Positions 40,187 to 49,508 of a stretch of 64,000 nucleotides of DNA are shown piece after piece. The notes beneath the pieces were generated by a model, which was not told the origin of the DNA, did no database searches, and saw nothing but the letters and a program-made list of their open reading frames with translations. Each line of letters begins with the position of its first letter. Position 1 is the first letter of the stretch. A program made the position numbers and the translations under genes. Source of the stretch: an uncultured SAR116 cluster alpha proteobacterium (lineage in GTDB: Bacteria; Pseudomonadota; Alphaproteobacteria; Puniceispirillales; Marisalimonadaceae); the NCBI GenBank assembly GCA_902517815.1, contig CABYED010000003.1, forward strand, positions 70,048-134,047. Direction: 5' to 3'.

Positions 40187-40867
40187 ATGAAATTAATTAT
40201 AGCATCATCAAAAAAATGGTTTAAAATCGATAAAAAACTATATAATCAGCATGAAGTAATGGAGATTACTAAAAGTTCTGAATTAACTAAGGTAAATATC
40301 GATAATTTTTGTCCAAACTTTATTTTTTTCCCTCACTGGAGTTGGGTTGTCCCAGAAAGTATTTATCTGCCCTACAGATGCATACTATTTCATACTGCCC
40401 CATTGCCATATGGTCGTGGTGGAAGCCCCATTCAAAATTTAATTTTAAATGGTTACACTAAGGCTCCAGTTTGTGCTCTAGAGATGGAAGCAGAACTTGA
40501 TGCAGGAAATATATTAGGAAAATTTGACATAGACCTCAACGGCAAACTTTCAGATATCTTTATAAGAATGAATATGGCCATAAATATTTTAATCAAGAAA
40601 ATCATTACTAGTTACCCTAAACCATTGCCTCAAAAAGGTGATGTTGTAGAGTTTAAGCGTTTGAAACAATCTGATAATGAGATACCGAAGGAATTGTCAA
40701 TTAATCAGATTTTTGACCGAATTAGAATGTTAGATGCTGACGAATACCCCAATGCATTTATGATTAAAAATAATTATAAAATAGAGTTCTTTAATGCAGA
40801 GAAATCTGGGGAAACATTAAATTGTATGGCTAAGATATCTCTATTAAATAAGGACAAGGCGAATTGA
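40187..40867 (+). CDS. Formyltransferase-like protein
   Basis: FPHWSW, FHTAPLPYGRGGSP, LDAG, RMLDADEYP. Confidence 0.75.
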   Translation: MKLIIASSKKWFKIDKKLYNQHEVMEITKSSELTKVNIDNFCPNFIFFPHWSWVVPESIYLPYRCILFHTAPLPYGRGGSPIQNLILNGYTKAPVCALEMEAELDAGNILGKFDIDLNGKLSDIFIRMNMAINILIKKIITSYPKPLPQKGDVVEFKRLKQSDNEIPKELSINQIFDRIRMLDADEYPNAFMIKNNYKIEFFNAEKSGETLNCMAKISLLNKDKAN

Positions 40868-41499
40868 CTAAAGTTGCTTTTTTATTTGATAAGAAAAATG
40901 ACTGGCTGAAAAGTTTCGTTCCCTCAAATCTATATAGTTTTAAAGGGGTTACAATAAAGGTTTCATGTAACTACATGGAAATTTTATCGTATGATATAGT
41001 TTTTGTCTTAGGCTATACCAAAATATTACCAAACGAATTTATTACAGGAAATAAATTGGTTTTATTAGTTCATGAGAGTGATTTACCAGAAGGAAGAGGT
41101 TTTGCGCCTGTTCAATGGCAGATACTTGAGGGTAAAAGTAAAATAGTAGTTAGTTTAATTGAGATGACACAAGAAGTGGATGCAGGTTGTATAGTAGAGC
41201 AGACTATGATTGAGTTTGATGGTACTGAATTATTTCAAGAAATCCGAACACTTCAAGCTGAGGCTACATTTGCATTAATTAAAAAATTTCTCACCTCCTA
41301 TCCCGTATTTTCGAGACGATTGCAGAGAGGAGAGCCTACTTATTATCCTAAAAGAACTTTATCGGATTCAGAGATAAATGTAGACCTAAGTATAAGGGAA
41401 AATTTTCAAAAATTGCGTCTTGGTAATAATGACGAATGGCCATCGTTTTTTTATTTGAATGGAGTCAAATATATTCTCAAAATTTTCAAAGCAGACTGA
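40864..41499 (+). CDS. Formyltransferase-like protein (second)
   Basis: VHESDLPEGRGFAPVQWQILEG, VDAG; TTG start overlapping the previous stop. Confidence 0.75.
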   Translation: MTKVAFLFDKKNDWLKSFVPSNLYSFKGVTIKVSCNYMEILSYDIVFVLGYTKILPNEFITGNKLVLLVHESDLPEGRGFAPVQWQILEGKSKIVVSLIEMTQEVDAGCIVEQTMIEFDGTELFQEIRTLQAEATFALIKKFLTSYPVFSRRLQRGEPTYYPKRTLSDSEINVDLSIRENFQKLRLGNNDEWPSFFYLNGVKYILKIFKAD

Positions 41500-41520
41500 T
41501 TAAACTAAAAAAAGGTATTT

Positions 41521-41955
41521 ATGACTAGTTTAGAAACTAAGATCCAATTTGATAGAGTTATTGGGAGTAAAGAACAAGTACGAATTTTATACGACCTCTT
41601 AATTAGTAGGACTCATTCCATAAGCCATCAAATTCTACCTACTTATAAATCGCATAAAGAGTTTGTTTTATCGCATCCTTACTTAGCTTGGTTCATTGTT
41701 CGAAGCTATAGCGAAATTGTTGGGAGTTTTTATCTGAAACATGATAATTCAGTTGGGTTGAATCTAATTGATCAAGACGCTTTATATGTTTTTGAAGTTA
41801 TGCATTTTATAAAGTCCAATTTTGATCCTCAACCAGCTATGCCGTCTACAGTACCTCCTTATTTTTATATAAACGTTGCCTTTTCAAATGTAGAGTTAAA
41901 AAAAATATTGAAAAAACACAAACTTATGCCGTTACAAACATCATTTATGTTATAA
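41521..41955 (+). CDS. Hypothetical protein, possible GNAT acyltransferase (PseH-like)
   Basis: 144 aa; SH..PTY..H..FV..HPY..W..GSFYL pattern reminiscent of small GNATs; lies inside the pse module. Confidence 0.5.
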   Translation: MTSLETKIQFDRVIGSKEQVRILYDLLISRTHSISHQILPTYKSHKEFVLSHPYLAWFIVRSYSEIVGSFYLKHDNSVGLNLIDQDALYVFEVMHFIKSNFDPQPAMPSTVPPYFYINVAFSNVELKKILKKHKLMPLQTSFML

Positions 41956-41970
41956 GGAGTTAATGAAACA

Positions 41971-43014
41971 ATGAAAATAAGTGGTAGGGAAATAGGTAAA
42001 CTTTTTAAGCCATACATAGTAGCAGAAATTTCTGCAAACCATGGAGGGTCTATTGAACGGGCTAAAAGGACCATACATGCTGCAGCTCGATGCGGTGTCG
42101 ATGCAGTAAAAATCCAATCATATACCCCTGATACAATGACTATTAATAGTAATAAAAAAGACTTTTATATAAAAAAAGGACTATGGGCAGGACGTAGTCT
42201 TTATAATTTATATCAGGAAGCACATACACCTTTTGAGTGGCATGAAGAATTATTTAAATGTGCCTCAAACGAGGGCGTTACAATATTTTCTACACCTTTT
42301 GATGAGACAGCTGTTGACTTATTAGACAGTCTGGAAACTCCTGCTTTTAAAGTCGCTTCTTTTGAGTTAACAGATCTTCCTTTAATGAGATATATTGCTA
42401 GCAAAAAAAAGCCCATTTTAATTTCAACTGGAATGGGTTCATTAGAAGAAATTGAAGAAGCAGTCAATACTATAAAGGAACGCAACAATCAAGACATTAT
42501 ATTATTTCACTGTATTAGTAGTTACCCTGCTCCTACCAATGAATCCAATCTTTCAAATTTAAAAATTCTAAAAAATCAATTTTCTGTTGAGGTGGGTTTG
42601 TCAGATCATACTTTAAGTAACGTTGCGGCTATTGCTGCAGTTGGGATGGGAGCTGTTGCAGTGGAAAAACATTTCAAATTAGATGATACAGATTGTGGTC
42701 CTGATTCAACTTTTTCACTTACGCCACCACAAATGTCAAAATTAGTCCAAGAGTGTAGTGAGGCCTGGACAGCTTTGGGCCAAGACACTTTTTCTCGATC
42801 TAAAATTGAAGAAAAAAATATCGTATTTAGACGATCGCTTTATTTCATTCAAACTGTTAAAAAAGGGGAAAAAGTCAAACGTACAGATATTCGGAGAATT
42901 AGACCTGGCTATGGACTTAAACCAAAATTCTTTGACAATGTTTTGGGGAAAACACTCATAAAAAATGTTGAAAGTGGTGATCCTGTAACATGGGATTGTT
43001 TTCGCGAAGATTAA
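41971..43014 (+). CDS. pseI: Pseudaminic acid synthase
   Basis: AEISANHGG, KIQSYTPDT, AHTPFEWH, GLSDHT, EKHF, C-terminal RRSLY/IRPGYG SAF domain. Confidence 0.9.
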   Translation: MKISGREIGKLFKPYIVAEISANHGGSIERAKRTIHAAARCGVDAVKIQSYTPDTMTINSNKKDFYIKKGLWAGRSLYNLYQEAHTPFEWHEELFKCASNEGVTIFSTPFDETAVDLLDSLETPAFKVASFELTDLPLMRYIASKKKPILISTGMGSLEEIEEAVNTIKERNNQDIILFHCISSYPAPTNESNLSNLKILKNQFSVEVGLSDHTLSNVAAIAAVGMGAVAVEKHFKLDDTDCGPDSTFSLTPPQMSKLVQECSEAWTALGQDTFSRSKIEEKNIVFRRSLYFIQTVKKGEKVKRTDIRRIRPGYGLKPKFFDNVLGKTLIKNVESGDPVTWDCFRED

Positions 43015-43093
43015 ACAATTCAGGTCAATGATTTTAATTATGAAGATTTTTTTGTTTGAAAATTTTAATTTAAGATTATTAGGATATAGATAA

Positions 43094-44743
43094 ATGATAC
43101 CTTATTTGTCCAAGATTTTAAAATCAATAATTGGGGAAGGTCGGTTTTATTTATTTATCTATAATGCGGCATACATAATTAAAGCAAAATTTATTGTGGC
43201 TCCGAATTTAGCAAGGTTATTCAAGAAAAGTATATCAACTAAAATTATTGATGAATCAAAACCTTTAGTAGTTGTGCCTATTCTAGAGACGAATCATCAC
43301 ATGCATTTGCATGTATTAGGAATCGCAAAAGCATTTTCTGTAAGGGGGTTTGAAGTTCTGGTGATTGTTTGCGATGAATACCTTCCTGCCTGTGAGATTA
43401 AGAGTTGCAGAACACCACTGAATTCAAATCCATGCTTCAAATGTAATACTAATAGAAAGTATTTACTAAATTTATTTGGTCTTAAAACGCTAACATTATC
43501 ATCAATATTTTCAAGCTTAGAAAATCCAGTTGAGTATGGTAAAAAAGTAATTAAGGATTATGGACTGGATCAATCTCATTTTAATAGGACTATAGGTGAC
43601 TCAGTAACTAGACATTTTTATGGTGCTGAAGATTCTTTTCCTGAAAAAGATGTTTTGAAAATCAAACAAAGACATGTTGACACAGCCCTTATGTCCCTTG
43701 CTTTAGGTCGTTTGCTTTTAGAAGATTATTCTCCATCCATTTGTTTTAATGTTATGAGTAGTTATAGTGCATGGGGACCAATATATCATTTTTTTGAGTC
43801 AGTTGGAGTGGCACCAATTACGATGTCTCAAACACAATTTGATATTAGATCAGTAAGATTTAATAACCCCGATCTCTTTCGTCACAAAAGAACATACCAA
43901 AGGTATTTAAGTGCTCGAGGTAATTATTATCTTAAAGATACTGAGCGCAAAGAGTTATTAAATTTCATGAATATAAGAAAGTCAGGTAATGATCCTTTTT
44001 TGAAGAAATGGTACTATTTTGAAGGCGCAGTTGATACAAATTTGGCTATTAATAAAGATAAAAAGAATGTTTATTTGTTTACTAATGTACCTTGGGACGT
44101 TGGTCTAAATGAGTTTGCAGGTCCATTTGAGGGAGTAATTGATTGGGTTTATCAAACTATTGAATATTTCAAAGATAATAAAGAGATTGATATATGGATT
44201 AAGCCACATCCTGAAGAGGTTCTGAGTGCCTCAAACTCAATGAAGTCTGTGAGCGATTTTGTTAGAGAAAAATATCCTCTGCTTCCAAGCAATATACACA
44301 TAATTGAACCAACATTAGGCATCAATACTTATAATTTATTTCAATATATAGATGTTGGGGTAGTCCTTACAGGAACCTTGGGTTTAGAAATGGCTCTCGA
44401 TGGTATCCCGGTGGTTTCTGCGGGAATTAATCCTAGTTATGGTCTTAGTCTATTATCAGAACCAAAAGATTTAGATAGTTATTTTGATGCAATTATATCT
44501 AGCGATAAAATATCATATAAAAAAACACAATTAGAGTTTTTTTGCTATTTTTATTTTATTCATCAAAGTTTTCGATGGCCACTTAGTAATAAGTCTTTTG
44601 GTGACAATTTTTCGGGATTTACCATTAATCATGAAGATCAGTTAAAGCCTGGTAAAACAGAAAGTGTAGACGCTATATTTAATGAAATAAAGTTTCTTGT
44701 TGAAGACTATAAAGAAAATTATATTAATAATACGAAATTATGA
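43094..44743 (+). CDS. Capsule-biosynthesis-like protein (KpsS/KpsC-like C-terminus), possible nonulosonate transferase
   Basis: FTNVPWD, IKPHPEE, GTLGLEMALDGIPVV; Cys cluster near the N-terminus. Confidence 0.55.
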   Translation: MIPYLSKILKSIIGEGRFYLFIYNAAYIIKAKFIVAPNLARLFKKSISTKIIDESKPLVVVPILETNHHMHLHVLGIAKAFSVRGFEVLVIVCDEYLPACEIKSCRTPLNSNPCFKCNTNRKYLLNLFGLKTLTLSSIFSSLENPVEYGKKVIKDYGLDQSHFNRTIGDSVTRHFYGAEDSFPEKDVLKIKQRHVDTALMSLALGRLLLEDYSPSICFNVMSSYSAWGPIYHFFESVGVAPITMSQTQFDIRSVRFNNPDLFRHKRTYQRYLSARGNYYLKDTERKELLNFMNIRKSGNDPFLKKWYYFEGAVDTNLAINKDKKNVYLFTNVPWDVGLNEFAGPFEGVIDWVYQTIEYFKDNKEIDIWIKPHPEEVLSASNSMKSVSDFVREKYPLLPSNIHIIEPTLGINTYNLFQYIDVGVVLTGTLGLEMALDGIPVVSAGINPSYGLSLLSEPKDLDSYFDAIISSDKISYKKTQLEFFCYFYFIHQSFRWPLSNKSFGDNFSGFTINHEDQLKPGKTESVDAIFNEIKFLVEDYKENYINNTKL

Positions 44744-44889
44744 TGTTTAAGCGTTTACTAAACTTTTAAAAGTAAGAGTCTTACGATTTATGAGTTTAAG
44801 CCTGAAATAATAAAATTTTAGATCAATTATGGAACTTTATGTTATATAAAGAACTTATGATTGTTGAATAGAAGTAAACAAGAGGAAAT

Positions 44890-45609
44890 ATGAACAATTT
44901 AGCTAAATACCCCAAGTTGAAAGGTTTTCTAAAATTTTTATATTACTCAATATTTCATCGTAAATTGTACAGTGCTCATATTAATTATAAGTTTTCTGAC
45001 GAAAAGTTAAAATTCACCCACATTCTTGAAGCAGTTAACTATTTAAGAATTGCAGAGTTGCCTTATAATTATTATGAGTTTGGATGTCATTCTGCTAGAA
45101 CATTTTCTGCTGCTGCTAATGCTTTCAAGTATCTAAAAATTGACCAATTTAAGCTTTATGCATTTGATTCATTTGAAGGATTACCTAATACTATAAAAGA
45201 AGAAGATGGGTATTTCGAAGGTGGAACTTTTTCTACCAGTATTTCAGAATTTCTTTATTTGGTAAAAAAACAAACTGGATTAATTTTAAAGCCAGAAAAT
45301 TGTATTAAGGGCTATTATGAAAATACACTAACTAGAAAACTTCAATCAAAAATGCCAAGAGTTGGTATTGTTCATATAGATGTGGACTTATACTCATCGA
45401 CAGTAGAAGTGCTTGAGTTTATAAAGCCACTTATGGTTCGTGGAACAGTGTTACTTTTTGATGATTGGTATTGCTTTAACCCTGGGGAGAGTAAAGGTGA
45501 AAAACGAGCTTTTGAAGAATTTTGTTTAAAATATCCTAATTTCAAAACTGAAGTATGGAAAAACTATTCAACTTTTGGCAGATCTTTTTTTGTCACTAGT
45601 TTGCCATAG
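44890..45609 (+). CDS. TylF/MycF family O-methyltransferase
   Basis: YEFG, FDSFEGLP, HIDVDLYSST, FDDW. Confidence 0.85.
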   Translation: MNNLAKYPKLKGFLKFLYYSIFHRKLYSAHINYKFSDEKLKFTHILEAVNYLRIAELPYNYYEFGCHSARTFSAAANAFKYLKIDQFKLYAFDSFEGLPNTIKEEDGYFEGGTFSTSISEFLYLVKKQTGLILKPENCIKGYYENTLTRKLQSKMPRVGIVHIDVDLYSSTVEVLEFIKPLMVRGTVLLFDDWYCFNPGESKGEKRAFEEFCLKYPNFKTEVWKNYSTFGRSFFVTSLP

Positions 45610-45662
45610 TGAATATACGATTCATTTTGATATAATAATCTTAGTGAACTCGTTTTAAAAAA

Positions 45663-46088
45663 ATGAAATAAATTCTAATCTATGAGCCTAAACTGTCAGG
45701 TAAAGAGAAGAAATATATAAACATATGTTTAGGTAGTTCGTGAATATAAAAAACAAAATTAGTAAATTGGTATCGAGAATTTTTAGATGGTATTTAGGTT
45801 AAATGTCAAGATGAATAAGAGGGCTCAACACATAGTCATTAGGCGGTCACAGTGTTAGTTAAAGATAAAAAAACTAGAGATCAAGTAAGATTGTACCTTA
45901 AAAATAATAATGTTGTAACCAAACCAACTTTTTATCAAGTCCATAGAATGCATGCCTTTTACAGTCAAAAAACTTTACCAGTTTCTGCATCAATTAGTGA
46001 AAAAGGCATTAACCTACCTAATTCTCTAAATCTCACGAAAAGTAATATTAAGTATATTTATAAACTTTTTGCTAAAGCTATAAAATAG
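45663..46088 (+). pseudogene. Internally deleted perosamine-synthase-like (per) pseudogene
   Basis: N-terminal MK*ILIYEPKLSGKEKKYINICL joined to C-terminal KQKLVNWYREFL...RDQVRLYLK...KGINLP; matches both ends of 16996..18090; in-frame stops. Confidence 0.8.
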
Positions 46089-46099
46089 TAGAGATATCT

Positions 46100-47419
46100 A
46101 TGACGTTTACAGACAAATTATTTTCTTTATTTACTAGAGATGTTGTTTTGTTTGGAACTACATTACTTACTAGTGTGGTTATAGCACGTTACTTAGGTCC
46201 AGAAAAGATGGGGATTTGGACACTCTTATTATTGATTCCTGGGTATGCTGAAGCATTTGGGAGACTTCAGATAGACGTTTCTTCAGTCTATTTCATTGGG
46301 AAAGGTAAAGTAAAACTTGGGGAGGCTACATTTATTTTGCATTTAGTATCTGTGATTATATTGAGCGTGATAGGTTTAGTAGGTTTTTTAAATATAGATT
46401 TTTTACATAATCAAATTTTTAAAAATGTCGAAATGGATGTTAAAAATTTAATGTATGGTGTTTTTCTAATAATACCGCTGAGATTTATATATATTAACTA
46501 CAGTTACTTGTTGATTGCACGTGAAGAAATAAAATCTTACAATAAACTAGTAATTATTCAAGCGGTAACAACATCAACATTAAGCGTGGGAATGGTTATG
46601 TTGTTGGATTTTGGAATTCTGGGAGCGTTAATAGGAAGTATTCTTGGTTTATTAATTTCAATAAGTTATGGGATTGCCAAAGTTAATCTTTTGGAAAAGA
46701 TAAGGCCAAATTTTAATATATGCTTGATCATTGAAATGGTAAAATACTCCATACAATTATATATCACGGGATTAATTGCTTTTTTTCAAAATAATATAGC
46801 CACTTTGATAGCCGCTCTTTATGTTGCACCCGCACAAATTGCTTTTTTTTCATTAGGAAAATCTATTAGTGAAATATCTACTAGGATGGTACCAACTGCA
46901 GTAAATACAATATTATTACCTCGCATTTCTTCATCTAACGATGAGAGAAAGTCAATTGATCTTGCAATTAGGTCATTTAGGGTAACGTTTTTGATAATAT
47001 CAACAACTACAATAATTTTATTTTTTTTAATCAAGCCAATCATATTTATATTATATGGTAGTAATTATTACCCTTTGATTGATATTTTTGTAATCATTAT
47101 AGTAAGCGTTGTAGCTGTTCAATCATCATCTGTTTTTGTTTCTTATTTGACCGGCAGTGGTAATGTTCAATTATTACCAAAAATTTCAATTCTTCCATTA
47201 TTATTGCAAATTATTTTATCTTTTTGTTTGGTTTCAGACCTTGGTATAGGAGGTATAGCTATTAGCTATGCCATTTCTTGTGCATGTTTGTTTGTTTTTC
47301 AAGTTGCTTTTTTTCTAAAATTAACAGGAACAAAAATAGGGTCTCTTTTTATTAGATACGAAGATTTTAAAACTATTAAAAATTTTTTTATTTACAAAAT
47401 TAAAACTCTACTGAAATGA
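46100..47419 (+). CDS. wzx: Wzx oligosaccharide flippase
   Basis: About 12 TM, ARYLGPEKMG, LLPRIS, ILYGSNY. Confidence 0.8.
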   Translation: MTFTDKLFSLFTRDVVLFGTTLLTSVVIARYLGPEKMGIWTLLLLIPGYAEAFGRLQIDVSSVYFIGKGKVKLGEATFILHLVSVIILSVIGLVGFLNIDFLHNQIFKNVEMDVKNLMYGVFLIIPLRFIYINYSYLLIAREEIKSYNKLVIIQAVTTSTLSVGMVMLLDFGILGALIGSILGLLISISYGIAKVNLLEKIRPNFNICLIIEMVKYSIQLYITGLIAFFQNNIATLIAALYVAPAQIAFFSLGKSISEISTRMVPTAVNTILLPRISSSNDERKSIDLAIRSFRVTFLIISTTTIILFFLIKPIIFILYGSNYYPLIDIFVIIIVSVVAVQSSSVFVSYLTGSGNVQLLPKISILPLLLQIILSFCLVSDLGIGGIAISYAISCACLFVFQVAFFLKLTGTKIGSLFIRYEDFKTIKNFFIYKIKTLLK

Positions 47420-47691
47420 AAAAATTACCATTTAAATTCGGCAAGGGAATTAGGCTATTATGGTGTGAAATGAGCTTAAAAATTTTTTCTCAGTTTTTGC
47501 TTAACACAGTAAAATATAGAAAATTGGGAAGAACTAAAGATAATAATAATGAACTATTTTTTGAATTTTCTAGATCAGCACTATTTAATTGCCTAATGTC
47601 TCAAAACATAGGGAAGGGAAATGAAGTGGTTATCTCTTCTTTTACTTGCGATGCTGTCATGAAAACAGGTACTACGTATGAATTATTATAA
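47416..47691 (+). pseudogene. Truncated homologue of the DegT-like gene at 18227..19462
   Basis: KFGKGIRLLW, SRSALFNCL, EVVISSFTCDAV match the first ~85 aa of the 411 aa protein, then stop. Confidence 0.8.
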
Positions 47692-47696
47692 ATTGA

Positions 47697-48998
47697 ATGC
47701 TAATGAATAGATTGTTTTATTTTTTTGGTCTAATTATTCCAATTCCTCTATTTTTTGACCTGTACTCATTAAGTTTTTTTATAAATGATGTGACTACTAA
47801 TACTCTAAGCATACCTCATTTATCTCTTTCAACTTATACTTTTAATGCACAAGATGTTGCGCATTATTATAATTATTTTTCCGGTAGTTATAATTCTCCT
47901 TTTGCACCTGTTCCAATAGGCATTATTACATTTGGGTTCGTAGCTTTTTTACCTCTGCTTTCTATAAAACAAAAAATATACACTATTAGCGTAGAGGCAT
48001 TAATTTTAACATTCCTCTTAATATTTTTTACTTTATTATCTGTCTTGAATATAGGTGTTTTAAAAACATTAATGTTGCTGTTTCCATTTTGGTGTATGTT
48101 CTTTGTAATTCAGTTAACAAAAAATGTTAGTGTTTTTGAAAAGACTTGTTCAGGTTATATTGTTTCTTTTTTGTTATTTATTTTACTTCATTTTTTAAGT
48201 ATAATTTACGATATTATCAATTATATAAAAACTCCTTTTATTCTCTTTAATTATTTATTTGGCATACAGATCTACCAAGCATTGGTATCATACTCTGCTG
48301 TGTTGTCCTATGCAGTAATTACATTAACTATTTTTACAATGTTCAAAAGAAATTATTTACAAAGAATACCTATTTATTTTTTTGTTTTAATTATTCTGTT
48401 TTTACTATCTTTAGGTGCAAGAAAAGCTGTCTTATTAGATATTGGTATTTTAATTACTTTATTGTTTTTATTTGAGTTTATAAGAGCCATCTTGATGCAA
48501 AAAATTATAAAGACTCATATTGTGGCTTTGTTTTTATGTACTATATCAATAATCTTTCTTTTAATCTTTACAGGTTATGCTGAAAGAGGTTTTAACTGGG
48601 ATATTATTATGGGGCAAAGAAAAGCACCTTATATTTTGTTCTATAACAATATTGCTAATGCTGATTTTTCACAATTATTATTTGGGCATGGAGGAGGTTG
48701 GGGTGGATACAGTAATATATATATAGAAATGATATATAGATTGGGTATATTAGGCTTTTTCATATATATAATTTCTTTTTTGGTAGGATTAATAATTATT
48801 AGAAAACATATAAAAAATTTATTTAATTTTAATAACCATAATTTTTACTTTACGTTATGGTTTTGGTTTACAATATTAACAATCGTGTTATCGAATGTGT
48901 TTAATATGAACTTACAATTACCTTACTACTCAATGAATATTATAATGATTATGATGGTTTTTCTTTATAAAACTAAAACTATTTTTACACAAAGCTAG
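47697..48998 (+). CDS. Wzy-like polymerase / O-antigen membrane protein
   Basis: 433 aa multi-TM, GARK, LLFGHG, YSNIYIEMIYRLGILG. Confidence 0.6.
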   Translation: MLMNRLFYFFGLIIPIPLFFDLYSLSFFINDVTTNTLSIPHLSLSTYTFNAQDVAHYYNYFSGSYNSPFAPVPIGIITFGFVAFLPLLSIKQKIYTISVEALILTFLLIFFTLLSVLNIGVLKTLMLLFPFWCMFFVIQLTKNVSVFEKTCSGYIVSFLLFILLHFLSIIYDIINYIKTPFILFNYLFGIQIYQALVSYSAVLSYAVITLTIFTMFKRNYLQRIPIYFFVLIILFLLSLGARKAVLLDIGILITLLFLFEFIRAILMQKIIKTHIVALFLCTISIIFLLIFTGYAERGFNWDIIMGQRKAPYILFYNNIANADFSQLLFGHGGGWGGYSNIYIEMIYRLGILGFFIYIISFLVGLIIIRKHIKNLFNFNNHNFYFTLWFWFTILTIVLSNVFNMNLQLPYYSMNIIMIMMVFLYKTKTIFTQS

Positions 48999-49009
48999 AT
49001 TTTTATCAT

Positions 49010-49490
49010 AAAAAAGTTATTTATTATTTGACTGTTTCTGAGCAGTACATCTCGAAATGGGAAAATTATCAAGTTGATCTTGAGATGCTTGAGGATACAC
49101 ATGCTAATCTTGTTGTAAATCTTGATACAAACGTGTCTATTGTATTCGATAAATCAGAATCTGTAGAAAATGATTATTATTTAAAGTCAGATCTTTACAT
49201 AAAACCATCATGGCATGAAGGTTTTGGTAATGTAGCTTTAGAGGCGATGAGTTTTGTTATTCTTTCACTTGTTTAAAGGTATACAGCACGGCCACAAGTG
49301 ATCGGATTTACTGGCATCATCGTTCATAAACTATCTGGATAAGTTATTTATAATAACTTACCCGATTTTACAAATCTTGATTTAGATACAAGAAAGAAAA
49401 ATATTAACAATAGTTCTAAGAAAATTAGTGAAAATTTTTTCTATTAGGTGCGTTTAAATCACTATCAAAATATTTTAGATTTGGATAATA
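49010..49490 (+). pseudogene. Internally deleted homologue of the GT4 gene at 19536..20594
   Basis: KKVIYYLTVSEQYISKWENYQVDLEML fused to YLKSDLYIKPSWHEGFGNVALEAM...V*RYTARPQVIGFTG; no start codon, internal stops; end approximate. Confidence 0.8.
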
Positions 49491-49508
49491 AAAAGAAAAG
49501 GATTAATT

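Noticed and set aside
45852-46088. Short ORFs 45852..46088, 47416..47691 and 49028..49276 as real small proteins
   Set aside because: They are fragments of longer genes, with homology continuing past stops or truncated early; treated as pseudogenes.
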